This document shows, piece after piece, positions 18,177-27,171 of a stretch of 32,337 nt of DNA. Position 1 is the stretch's first letter. Each line of letters opens with the position of its first letter. Source of the DNA: Nitrospirae bacterium CG1_02_44_142 (GTDB taxonomy: Bacteria > Nitrospirota > Thermodesulfovibrionia > Thermodesulfovibrionales > UBA1546). Made by a program: the position numbers and the translations under genes. The notes below the pieces were generated by a model. It searched no databases. It was given only the letters and a program-made list of their open reading frames with translations, and was not told where the DNA came from. The stretch is from NCBI GenBank assembly GCA_001871685.1, contig MNVK01000044.1, positions 1 through 32,337 on the forward strand. Reading direction: 5' to 3'.

Positions 18177-18815
18177 TTAATGCGAATAATGCGAAGCGCG
18201 CGCGCCTTTTCCCAGATATTTTGCATCAAACCAGTTGAATGCCGCCATCAATATCCCGACTGCAAAGAAGCCGCCAGCCGGCATAATCATTATCAAAAGC
18301 GGTTTTGCATGTATTATCGGCATCCCCCACAGAGAACCCCTGCCAAGAAGTTCCCTGAAGAAACTTATAACTGTAAGAGCAAACAGGAACCCGGCCCCGA
18401 ACCCTATGCCGTCAGCCATTGAAGGGGCAAATTTATTTTTGCTTGCGAACATCTCCGCCCTGGCAAGGATGGATGCGAACGCAACTATAAGCTGTATGTA
18501 AAGCCCCATCTGTTTATATACGTCGGGGACTGCAGCTGCCATTGTCATATCAGTAATCGTAACCCAGCCTGATATGACAAGCATGAAAATGGGCAGTCTT
18601 ATCTTTGGGTGGATTACCTTTCTCATCAAAGAAATTGTAATGTTGACCATAACCTGAACAAACAAAACAGCGCTTCCCATCAAAACACCGTTCTTGAGGT
18701 TGTTTGTAACAGCAATGGAAGGGCAGAGGCTGAGGGCAAGCCTGAATATGGTATTTTCCTTTACGATTCCGTTTGTTATAAGTTTCCAGTAATTAACTTT
18801 GTTTGTGTCCGGCAT
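18177..18815 (-). CDS. rnfE: Rnf complex subunit E
   Basis: NGIVKEN..F.L.LSLCP.IAVT, IRLP.F, RAE.FASKN, RELLG.G, PAGGF; ATG at 18815 after GGAGG. Confidence 0.94.
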   Translation of the reverse strand: MPDTNKVNYWKLITNGIVKENTIFRLALSLCPSIAVTNNLKNGVLMGSAVLFVQVMVNITISLMRKVIHPKIRLPIFMLVISGWVTITDMTMAAAVPDVYKQMGLYIQLIVAFASILARAEMFASKNKFAPSMADGIGFGAGFLFALTVISFFRELLGRGSLWGMPIIHAKPLLIMIMPAGGFFAVGILMAAFNWFDAKYLGKGARASHYSH

Positions 18816-19386
18816 TCCCTGCTCCTCCTTCCTTGATGGTTTTGATGAGGAATTCAACACCTTTCTTTACCGCATCCTCGGTGACAGCCCTGCTGGAGAT
18901 GGTCGCGCCTGAGATTGCCTGTATGAATTCTGTTGTATCTGTTTTTAAAACCTTTAAATGTTCTATGTCTTTATCTTTAAACTGCCCCTTAAACGAAACA
19001 GTCTCAATCTCATCGCCAAGTCCGGGGGTTTCCGCATGATGGAGGATGTTTATCTTCTGCACCTTAAAGCCCTTGTCAACTGCAATGAGGATATCAATGT
19101 AGCTTGAATATCCTTTGCCGAATGACTGAACAACATAACCGATAACCTCATCCCCTTTTTTGGCGGCAAAATATTCAGCAGGCTTTTCGTGTATTGTCCA
19201 GTCTCCTGCTTTTTCTATCTTGTCTGCTTCGGGCATTAGTTCTTTAAGCGCCTTCTCTTTTGCTATTTTATTATTCTGAAACATTATTGGCGACGTCTTG
19301 GCGTATACAAATGCAAGGATGAGCCCGCCGATGAGATATACGATTACAAGATTAAGCGTTATCTTTAGGATATCCTTGCCTGTCAT
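18793..19386 (-). CDS. rnfG: Rnf complex subunit G
   Basis: N-terminal TM anchor, H.ETPGLG, FMN attachment motif ISGATISS. Confidence 0.95.
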   Translation of the reverse strand: MTGKDILKITLNLVIVYLIGGLILAFVYAKTSPIMFQNNKIAKEKALKELMPEADKIEKAGDWTIHEKPAEYFAAKKGDEVIGYVVQSFGKGYSSYIDILIAVDKGFKVQKINILHHAETPGLGDEIETVSFKGQFKDKDIEHLKVLKTDTTEFIQAISGATISSRAVTEDAVKKGVEFLIKTIKEGGAGNAGHKQS

Positions 19387-20426
19387 TTCTTAATCTCCCT
19401 TGCTTTTGTTTTTTCCAGCGCGCCAAAGACCTTTGATTTAAAACCGCGGTCTATGAGCGGCGCAAAACAGTTCATAAGAAGGATTGCAAACATGACGCCT
19501 TCAGGGTATCCGCCTTTTAGCCTTATGAGCATTGTAAGAAAGCCGCAGCCTATACCGAAAACTATCTGCCCTTTTCTTGCAGAAGGGCATGTCACATAGT
19601 CGGTTGCCATAAAGAATGCGCCGAGCATGAGGCCGCCGCTCAAAAGGTGTATCAGGGGGTCGCCTGCGAAAAGGAGCATTTTCCCTGTCTCGGGGCTTTT
19701 GCCTCCGAATATCCATGCAAGGACTGCGACTGTTCCGAGGAATGAGGCAGGGACGTGCCATGTGATGTATCTTTTGTAAAGCAGGAATCCTGCGCCAATT
19801 AATAACGCCAGCGCTGACGTCTCGCCGATAGAGCCAGCCCTGTGTCCGTTAAAAAGTTCTGCGTAGAGATTAATCTTATCACCGAAGACCTCAATTAATT
19901 TTGAAAGACCTTCCTCTTTCAGGATACCGAGTGGGGTAGCAGTGGTCGTTGCGTCAAGCATGACAAAGGCAGCATCCGGTTTGGTCCAGATTGTCATGAG
20001 CCTCGGAAATGATATAAGCAGGAACGCCCGTCCAATCAGCGCCGGGTTGAATACATTATAACCAAGCCCTCCGAATAACTGTTTTGCGATGATGACGGCG
20101 ATAAAAGAGCCAATGATAGGGATGTAAAAAGGCACTGACGCCGGAAGGTTCATGCCGAGCAAAAGGCCTGTGAGAAAGGCGCTTCCGTCATTAACGGCAA
20201 TTTTCTTTTTAAGCGCTTTCTGGAAAAGATATTCGGATAACAAAGCAGAGATTATTGCAAGCGCTACTGTAAACACTGCCCTCGGACCAAAGAAATATGC
20301 TCCCATTACCACGGCAGGCAGCAGCGATATGCTAACGCTCCACATTATCCTGCTCGTGGTCTCTTCATCCCTGACATGAGGGCTTACAGTAACTATAAGT
20401 TCGTGTTCTTTTTTTACATCAGCCAT
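19383..20426 (-). CDS. rnfD: Rnf complex subunit D
   Basis: SPH, KQLFGGLG.N.FNPA..GR, TTATPL FMN site, GSIGETS, FFMATD, GGYPEGV.FAIL. Confidence 0.96.
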   Translation of the reverse strand: MADVKKEHELIVTVSPHVRDEETTSRIMWSVSISLLPAVVMGAYFFGPRAVFTVALAIISALLSEYLFQKALKKKIAVNDGSAFLTGLLLGMNLPASVPFYIPIIGSFIAVIIAKQLFGGLGYNVFNPALIGRAFLLISFPRLMTIWTKPDAAFVMLDATTTATPLGILKEEGLSKLIEVFGDKINLYAELFNGHRAGSIGETSALALLIGAGFLLYKRYITWHVPASFLGTVAVLAWIFGGKSPETGKMLLFAGDPLIHLLSGGLMLGAFFMATDYVTCPSARKGQIVFGIGCGFLTMLIRLKGGYPEGVMFAILLMNCFAPLIDRGFKSKVFGALEKTKAREIKK

Positions 20427-20443
20427 CTAACCTCCAAGCAAAA

Positions 20444-20512
20444 AATTCAAGATTCAAGATTGAAGATTCAATTAAATACAGGTTCAAAATATTGAATATT
20501 GAATGTTGAATT
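20444..20512. repeat. Inverted pair of heptamer arrays between rnfC and rnfD
   Basis: AATTCAA GATTCAA GATTGAA GATTCAA ... AATATTG AATATTG AATGTTG AAT. Confidence 0.8.
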
Positions 20513-20516
20513 TGTT

Positions 20517-21857
20517 TCATGGTTTCGTCTGCGACTTTGCCAGTCTTACAAGCTGGACTATCGGCCTTTTTGAAGGGCATACAAATGCGCATGAGCCGCA
20601 TTCAAAACAGTCAAAAAGGTTGTATTCCTTTGCATCCTCGTAATGTCCCTTCTCGGAAAGTATGCTCAGCATTGACGGCATAAGGCCCATAGGGCATATA
20701 TCAATGCACCTTCCGCACCTTATGCACGGCCCATATTCCTCAGTGTGTACAACGCCTTCCTCCGGGATAACAAGTATTCCTGAAGTCCCTTTTGTCACAG
20801 GAACATCAAGCGTTGAAAGGGCAAAGCCCATCATCGGGCCGCCTGACACCACCTTGCCTGCGCTGTTTTTAAAGCCGCCGCACTCATCAACAATATCAGA
20901 GATAAGCGTGCCTATCTTTACCATTAAATTCGCAGGATTCTTTATGCCCTCTCCCGTTACAGTAACGACTCTTTCTATCAAAGGCTTGCCGTATCTCGCT
21001 GCCTCATACACGGCAAGCGCAGTACCTACATTCTGCACCACAACCCTGACATCCATCGGAAGCCCTCTCGGAGGAACTTTTCTTCCGGTTAGAGCGCTTA
21101 TAAGCATCTTTTCAGCGCCCTGCGGATACTTAACCTCAAGTCCGCAGACTTCAATAATCCCCCCTTGCCCCCCTTTAGTAAAGGTGGGGAGGGGGGATTT
21201 ATTTACAGCCTGTTTCATTGCTTCAATCGCATCGGGCTTGTTGTTCTCAATCCCGATAAATCCTTTATTCACTCCGAGGATGCGCATGAGTATCTTCAAC
21301 CCTTCAACTATATCGCTGGATTTTTCCAACATCAGCCTGTAATCTGCGGTAAGATACGGCTCGCACTCAGTGCCGTTAATAATTATTGTATCAATCGGCT
21401 TTTCTTTTGGAGGAGAGAGCTTAACAAGCGTCGGAAAAGCTGCGCCGCCCATGCCGACAATTCCGGCAGCCTTTACTTTTTCCTTCAGTTCATCGGCAGA
21501 CAGTTTGATGTAATCTGGATTATCTTTAAGAGAAGTCCATTCTTCTTTCCCATCATTCTCTATCACTACGGAATTTACCATCCTGCCCATTGCATTCGGA
21601 AACTCCGCTATTGCAATCACCTTCCCTGACACGGATGAATGGACAGGCGCTGATACAAAACCTCCGGGTTCTCCAATGACCTCGCCTTTTTTGACTTCCT
21701 TTCCGATGCTGACTATGGGTTTGCAAGGCGCTCCGATGTGCTGGCTTAAAGGAATGACGACTCTCTGCGGGGACTTTGCTTCTTTGATGGCACTGCCTTT
21801 TGCAATGTCTTTTTTGTCAGGCGGATGTATGCCGCCTTTGAATGTTGCAAGAGCCAT
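20517..21857 (-). CDS. rnfC: Rnf complex subunit C
   Basis: FKGGIHP, QHIGAP, AGIVGMGGAAFPT, ECEPYLTAD, KYPQGAEK, GGPMMG, two 4Fe-4S motifs. Confidence 0.97.
   Translation of the reverse strand: MALATFKGGIHPPDKKDIAKGSAIKEAKSPQRVVIPLSQHIGAPCKPIVSIGKEVKKGEVIGEPGGFVSAPVHSSVSGKVIAIAEFPNAMGRMVNSVVIENDGKEEWTSLKDNPDYIKLSADELKEKVKAAGIVGMGGAAFPTLVKLSPPKEKPIDTIIINGTECEPYLTADYRLMLEKSSDIVEGLKILMRILGVNKGFIGIENNKPDAIEAMKQAVNKSPLPTFTKGGQGGIIEVCGLEVKYPQGAEKMLISALTGRKVPPRGLPMDVRVVVQNVGTALAVYEAARYGKPLIERVVTVTGEGIKNPANLMVKIGTLISDIVDECGGFKNSAGKVVSGGPMMGFALSTLDVPVTKGTSGILVIPEEGVVHTEEYGPCIRCGRCIDICPMGLMPSMLSILSEKGHYEDAKEYNLFDCFECGSCAFVCPSKRPIVQLVRLAKSQTKP
21156..21199. repeat. Palindromic REP-like element in-frame within rnfC
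   Basis: AATCCCCCCT...CCTTT AGT AAAGG...AGGGGGGATT; encodes KSPLPTFTKGGQGGI. Confidence 0.8.
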
Positions 21858-21999
21858 TTAATCTTTCTCCTCAAAAGGAAGTTACCGGCAAAAAGCCTAC
21901 AATTAATAACATTAAAAATAGAAATATGTCAAGAGTTGTGATAAAATGGGCTATGAAATTGATTGATTTTATAAACCCAAAGATGGAAGGAGGTGCTAA

Positions 22000-23037
22000 A
22001 TGAATAGAAGTAAGACTGTTGCGGTATGTTTGTTTGTCTTTTTAACCTGTTTCCCCCTTCTATCATATGCTGGGACTTTGAAAGCAAATAAACAGGGGAA
22101 AGTCTCCAAAGAGATTTTGAAATTAAAAAATCTAAGACGGTCACAAATAAATATCTTCAAAAATAGAGAGGGAATAAAAGTATTCCTATTTGCTGAAGAT
22201 GAAAAAGTAGAGATTCTGGAAGGGTCTTATTGTGGAGGCGAAGAGGGTGACAAGCAATATACCGGCAACTACCAACTTATAAGCACAAAAGACAATAAAA
22301 TCGTATCAAAAATAGATTTAGGTAAAGACTACGAGTTTGTAGAAAATACTCTACATAGCGGTCTTAATCTTTTTGTCATGCCACAGACATACGAACAACT
22401 TATCATGATTTATCAATACCGAAGCTGCAATACCGAGGCGGTAGAGTTTTATCGTGTTGATGTTGAAGGGCGTATTTATAAAGTTAATTTCATTGATAAA
22501 GATGGAACGGTAGCGACGGGACAGACAACTGGTCCTGATGGTGGCATTTCCGGAACCGAAGGAGATATAACTTTTTGTAGCTATAATAATGGCGTGGGAT
22601 ACACGTTTTGCGATTCGTATAATTATAATGCGAAAGATTTTATCCAAACTGCAATTTCTATGACACAGGGGGAAACAATTGATGGTGAACCAAGACGGAT
22701 ACTTTTTGAATATATATCAGCATTATCTCAAGAAGATTATAAAAGGGCTGTCTATTACTATGGCGGGTCTTATGACCTTTTAATTAAATTAAATCCTGAT
22801 ATAAATCCAAATGATAAGCCGAAATTATTTGAGCGATATTGCATAAAGAATGGAGGGAAATGCCTTATATCCGAATATCCAGATTTTATAGATATTAAAT
22901 CGTCTATGCAGTTAAAATCCGGGGAATTGGAAGTGACTTTTAAACCGGACAATAAGCCGGATTTTGAATTCAGAGTAAAACGTATGAATGGAGAGTTTAA
23001 GGTAATGGATTTGCCTCCTCGTAACTCTCACAAATGA
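22000..23037 (+). CDS. Exported hypothetical protein
   Basis: SD AAGGAGGT; Sec signal ending LSYA; several Cys in the mature part; no recognised domain. Confidence 0.8.
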   Translation: MNRSKTVAVCLFVFLTCFPLLSYAGTLKANKQGKVSKEILKLKNLRRSQINIFKNREGIKVFLFAEDEKVEILEGSYCGGEEGDKQYTGNYQLISTKDNKIVSKIDLGKDYEFVENTLHSGLNLFVMPQTYEQLIMIYQYRSCNTEAVEFYRVDVEGRIYKVNFIDKDGTVATGQTTGPDGGISGTEGDITFCSYNNGVGYTFCDSYNYNAKDFIQTAISMTQGETIDGEPRRILFEYISALSQEDYKRAVYYYGGSYDLLIKLNPDINPNDKPKLFERYCIKNGGKCLISEYPDFIDIKSSMQLKSGELEVTFKPDNKPDFEFRVKRMNGEFKVMDLPPRNSHK

Positions 23038-23099
23038 TTATGAACAAATGAGGAATCGAGTTGTTTTATAAATTTATATTTTCTCATCGGAGGTGTTTT

Positions 23100-24293
23100 A
23101 TGAATAGGAAGATTTTATTAACAGGTTTACTTACTTTTTTTACCTTGGCTTTCATTCCTCTTGCCTATAGCGCGACTACAGTTTTTGGTCCAGAGGTTTA
23201 TACCCGCAGCACAGGAAAGCCGCAGAAGATAGTAAAGAGTTTTTCTGTAAATAAAGGTCAAGTCCCATTCGCCGTATCTATTAAGAATGGAGAAAGCAAA
23301 AGAGGGAAGGTTACAAGTGCTGTAATAGAGATAAACGGAGTTCAGGTGCTTGGACCTGAGGAATTTGATAAGCAGATTGATGAGATTAAACTGCCTATCA
23401 AACTGGATGAACAGAATAAAATTGCAGTAGAGGTAAGAGGTGAGCCAGGGACATATATTACCGTTACTATATTGGGGTCATCTATACCAGAGATATTAAC
23501 CTCTGCTGACCCTGATTATGTTAATCTAAACCAACCAACCACTGTTACAATCTCTGCCTTAATAGAGTCTAATTTAATTCCTTCCAGTATCAATCTGATA
23601 CAGTATGATGAGAAGTATAGGTTTGTTGCCAATTTGGGAATACTCTATGATGACGGGACACATGGGGATAGACAGGCAGGGGATAAAGACTTTGCCACAC
23701 AGACTATAATAAGTGAATCCTACCAGAAAATGCTTCATTACAGGGTATCGGCATTTTATAGCGAGACTTCTAAAAAGGTGCTGTCAGATTTTTTTAGTAT
23801 AAATGCAGCAAAGATACCTTCTATAACACAGACAATCTCTCCTCAAGGTGGCACAATAACCCTTGATGGATATGCATCTGTAACCTTTCCTGCTGGAGCA
23901 TTTAGTTCTAATACTACCGTCAAAGTGCAACTAACATCTTCCCCTCAAACACAGGCTGAATTTGCAGAGATACCAGGGGTATCTCATCTTCCTTATGAAA
24001 TCAGAATAAATTCAGGACTAATCCAACCTGCAACCTCATTTGAGGTAGTTTTTAATGTTCCCGACTCTTTTATTGGATCACTTCCTCAGAATCATGAGGT
24101 TCGTATATATGCCCAAATTCATGAACCACCCGATGCTCCGGAAATTTATGACCACTTCAGCGATGATTTCGTTTCTACATTTGATTCTATAACCAAAACT
24201 GTCCGTGCCACATTACCAGATGAGGCTTTTACAGACTTACGCCATCTGGATGGTACCTATGAAGCCATTATAATTGTTGGTACCTTTTATTAA
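23100..24293 (+). CDS. Exported multi-beta-domain protein (choice-of-anchor-X-like motif, ZU5-like region)
   Basis: SD GGAGGT, ATG at 23100, signal ending AYS; LYDDGTHGDRQAGD; TISPQGGTITL..VTFPAGA. Domain names are from recall. Confidence 0.72.
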   Translation: MNRKILLTGLLTFFTLAFIPLAYSATTVFGPEVYTRSTGKPQKIVKSFSVNKGQVPFAVSIKNGESKRGKVTSAVIEINGVQVLGPEEFDKQIDEIKLPIKLDEQNKIAVEVRGEPGTYITVTILGSSIPEILTSADPDYVNLNQPTTVTISALIESNLIPSSINLIQYDEKYRFVANLGILYDDGTHGDRQAGDKDFATQTIISESYQKMLHYRVSAFYSETSKKVLSDFFSINAAKIPSITQTISPQGGTITLDGYASVTFPAGAFSSNTTVKVQLTSSPQTQAEFAEIPGVSHLPYEIRINSGLIQPATSFEVVFNVPDSFIGSLPQNHEVRIYAQIHEPPDAPEIYDHFSDDFVSTFDSITKTVRATLPDEAFTDLRHLDGTYEAIIIVGTFY

Positions 24294-24306
24294 GGGAGGA
24301 TAAATC

Positions 24307-25332
24307 ATGAACTACAATAAATTGACTGTGTACCTATTTATTCTCCTACTAGCATTTGTCCATGGATTTGTTGGTTTTGCTTATGGTCAATCAGGATGCG
24401 AACAAGCCGATTGGGATTCACCTCTTGAAGTTGATTTAAATGTTCGTTCTTCGTTTAGTAATATCGAAAAACCAAAGCACTATGGTACAGATTATAGAGC
24501 AGCGGATGGATCCAATGTGCGTACAGTTGCAGATGGGACAATTATTGAGGTTGGTTTTGATTTTAAGCAAGGAATTAATCGTCTCGGACAAATGGGAAAG
24601 GGGTGGGGTAGATATGTAGTAATAAAACACGTAGATGGTTCGACCACACTCTATGCCCATCTTGTAACGAAGAGTACAGACCATCTCAGCATTGGGATGC
24701 CAATAACAAAAGGCGCTAAAATAGGAGAAGCAGACTCTACAGGCGGAGTGACAGGCCCCCATCTTCACCTTGAATATGCTCCAAATGGCAAGTGGAAGCA
24801 TAAATCATCACTCAGAGACCCCCACCCCTGTTTAGTCGGCTGCCCCGAACCCCCAGTTCCTCTCACCATCGCTGGTTCTGAAATAATAACAAGAAATAAT
24901 ACAGCGCAATATACTGCAAGTGGTTGTCCGAGTAATATTATATGGAGCGTGTCAGGTTCAGGCGCGACAATTAGTTCAACTGGATTGCTTACCGTTGGTT
25001 CTACAGCTTGCGGTTCGCTCACAATCACGGCAACTTGTCCAGCATGTGGAACTTCTGCTACACAATATGTGAGGGTTACGGATGCGGGGAAGTGGGGACC
25101 GCAAACCTTCTTCTATGTATATGACTATGCAACTTACTGGCAACATTTTTCTGACTGCACAACTTGCACGTTCATTCGAGGGGATACCAGTTATATATGG
25201 TGGTATTGTGCTTGTGATTTAGGATGTCCCTCATCGTGTTTTGGTTCTCCACTACCAACTGAGCCTGAGTGTCTTCATATATCCTGCAAGTATCATGTAG
25301 CAGCAAATACTTCCCAGTGGGTGTGTCCTTAA
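24307..25332 (+). CDS. Exported M23-family metallopeptidase with Ig-like domain and Cys-rich C-terminus
   Basis: Signal peptide; HYGTD (HxxxD), GWGRYVVIKH, TLYAHL, STG..TGPHLHLE; 'WSVSGSGATISSTGLLT' Ig-like segment. Confidence 0.88.
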   Translation: MNYNKLTVYLFILLLAFVHGFVGFAYGQSGCEQADWDSPLEVDLNVRSSFSNIEKPKHYGTDYRAADGSNVRTVADGTIIEVGFDFKQGINRLGQMGKGWGRYVVIKHVDGSTTLYAHLVTKSTDHLSIGMPITKGAKIGEADSTGGVTGPHLHLEYAPNGKWKHKSSLRDPHPCLVGCPEPPVPLTIAGSEIITRNNTAQYTASGCPSNIIWSVSGSGATISSTGLLTVGSTACGSLTITATCPACGTSATQYVRVTDAGKWGPQTFFYVYDYATYWQHFSDCTTCTFIRGDTSYIWWYCACDLGCPSSCFGSPLPTEPECLHISCKYHVAANTSQWVCP

Positions 25333-25526
25333 TGGCTAAACTTAAGCAAATACAACAGATAACTCAATTTCTCTCAGCCTATCCCAAAGATGTAGTTGGA
25401 CTTGGCATAGAGGCATGGCGGACAGGTGAGATGCCAGTCAAGGAAGATTCAAGATTCAAGATTCAAGATTTAAGATTCAATAGAGGGAATGGTGTCAAAT
25501 GTCCCTCTTGCTCAAAATTACAATGA
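25332..25526 (+). CDS. Possible small ORF or gene remnant
   Basis: TAATG overlap with the M23 stop; second half reads through an AAGATTC array. Confidence 0.3.
   Translation: MAKLKQIQQITQFLSAYPKDVVGLGIEAWRTGEMPVKEDSRFKIQDLRFNRGNGVKCPSCSKLQ
25444..25478. repeat. Heptamer array (AAGATTC)x5
   Basis: Four exact units and one AAGATTT; same unit family as 20444. Confidence 0.85.
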
Positions 25527-25568
25527 ACTTACAGAAGAAGCAGGAATATAGAGAATACAAAATGCTGG

Positions 25569-25593
25569 ATTCCGCATCAAGTGCGGAATGACA
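25569..25593. repeat. Half REP-like hairpin (AATGACA end)
   Basis: ATTCCGCA-TCAAG-TGCGGAAT followed by GACA, the same terminal AATGACA as the elements ending at 8762 and 12600. Confidence 0.6.
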
Positions 25594-25620
25594 GAAAAGA
25601 GAAGGAGATTTTAAAGCACC

Positions 25621-26631
25621 ATGATAAAAGAGGCGATTAATATCATTGTAAGCAGCATTAACCTCTCCGAGGCTGAGATGGCGGAGTGCATGAGAGAAAT
25701 CATGGAGGGGAAGGCAACAGACGCCCAGATAGGCGCATTCCTCACTGCCCTGCGCATCAAGGGCGAGACAGTTGATGAGATAACGGGCGCAGCGCGCATA
25801 ATGCGCGAAAAGGCAGCGACGATTAAAGCTCCCGAAGGCGTGCTTGACACCTGCGGCACAGGCGGCGATATGGCGCATACATTTAATATCTCAACAACAA
25901 CTGCAATAGTCGTTTCAGCGTGCGGAGCGCCTGTTGCAAAACACGGAAACCGCTCGGTCTCAAGCCAGTCCGGAAGCGCGGATGTCCTTGAGGCGCTCGG
26001 CGTTAAGATAGACCTTCCGCCGGAAAATGTTGAAAAATGCCTCTTTGAGACAGGATTCGGATTTCTGTTTGCGCCGCTGTTTCATCCTGCAATGAAATAT
26101 GCAATAGGCCCGAGGAGAGAAATGGGGTTAAGAACGATATTTAATATACTCGGCCCGCTGACAAATCCTGCCGGCGCAAAGAGACAGGTGCTTGGCGTGT
26201 TTGCGGGCAAACTTACAGAGCCGCTGGCCAGTGTTCTCGGAAATCTCGGCGCGCATGATGCAATGGTTGTGCACGGAGAAGACGGGCTTGATGAAATAAC
26301 CATTACTGACGGGACGCGGGTTTCAAGATACGCAAATAATGCAGTTGAGAACTTCTTTGTTTCGCCTGAGGATTTTGGCGTCAAAAGGGGCAAGCTCACA
26401 GACCTTGTCGGAGCTGACAAGGATGCTAATGCCCGCATAACAATTTCCATCCTCAACGGAGAAAATGGCCCCAAACGCGATGTGGTCCTCATGAATTCCT
26501 CTGCTGCGCTTGTTGTTGCAGGAAAGGCTAAAGATTTCAGAAGCGGAGCGGAAATAGCGGCAGAGGCACTTGATTCAGGAAAGGCTATGAAGAAGCTAAA
26601 AGAGATTAAAAAGGTTACGAATTTGTTGTAA
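25621..26631 (+). CDS. trpD: Anthranilate phosphoribosyltransferase
   Basis: LR.KGET.DEI, DTCGTGGD..TFNIST, AKHGNRSVSS.SGSADVLEALG, DGLDEI. Confidence 0.98.
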   Translation: MIKEAINIIVSSINLSEAEMAECMREIMEGKATDAQIGAFLTALRIKGETVDEITGAARIMREKAATIKAPEGVLDTCGTGGDMAHTFNISTTTAIVVSACGAPVAKHGNRSVSSQSGSADVLEALGVKIDLPPENVEKCLFETGFGFLFAPLFHPAMKYAIGPRREMGLRTIFNILGPLTNPAGAKRQVLGVFAGKLTEPLASVLGNLGAHDAMVVHGEDGLDEITITDGTRVSRYANNAVENFFVSPEDFGVKRGKLTDLVGADKDANARITISILNGENGPKRDVVLMNSSAALVVAGKAKDFRSGAEIAAEALDSGKAMKKLKEIKKVTNLL

Positions 26632-26649
26632 GTGATTCAAAGGTTGCGG

Positions 26650-27171
26650 TTAGTGATAAGCCTGTTCCGGTTTTATGCCGATTGATTCAAGCCATTCTGC
26701 TATTGTCTTTTTCATTGCGCCTGCATTCAGCGCAAACCATTTCTTTCTGTGCTCCGGAAAATTGGAAAGCGCCTTCTTGAACTCGCTGAATGAGCTGGGG
26801 CTGTTGAGAGCGGCTGAGAGTTCATCGTGCGGCTTAAGTTCGTCAATCCCCTCCGTAAACCTTTTCATGAGAGCATATACCTCCTGCGACCCGCGCTCCG
26901 GGATTCTGACATATCTTTGTTTTTCAGAGAATATTCTTATTGCAAACTCCACTTCATCTTCAATCCACTCAGGCATGTCATACGCTTCAAGTAAGGATTC
27001 ATCAATAAGTTCATCGCCTTTGTAAAGACTGCTCTTTGCGCCTTCAAGCGCATCAACGGAGATTGTTTTAATCTCTCCTGTCTCAAGGTCCAGAAAGTAG
27101 TCAAATGCATCCCTTGACACGTCTTCCATTGCCTTCTGAATTTCATTGAAATCTATTTTTAAAAGTTTCAC
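26650..27171 (-). CDS. UPF0158 family protein
   Basis: YFLDLETGEI, RY.RIP, M..F, F..FK..L....R.KW, EWLESIGI pattern; abuts the proA stop. Confidence 0.75.
   Translation of the reverse strand: MKLLKIDFNEIQKAMEDVSRDAFDYFLDLETGEIKTISVDALEGAKSSLYKGDELIDESLLEAYDMPEWIEDEVEFAIRIFSEKQRYVRIPERGSQEVYALMKRFTEGIDELKPHDELSAALNSPSSFSEFKKALSNFPEHRKKWFALNAGAMKKTIAEWLESIGIKPEQAYH

Noticed and set aside
20419-20601. 60-aa ORF between rnfC and rnfD
   Set aside because: Overlaps rnfC out of frame and translates the heptamer array.
20662-21629. Long antisense ORFs (also 5338-5991, 27785-28414 and similar)
   Set aside because: Shadows of well-supported genes on the opposite strand, with no motifs.
22000-25332. 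Prophage lysis module or diversity-generating retroelement target
   Set aside because: No phage genes, holin, reverse transcriptase or template/variable repeat pair visible.
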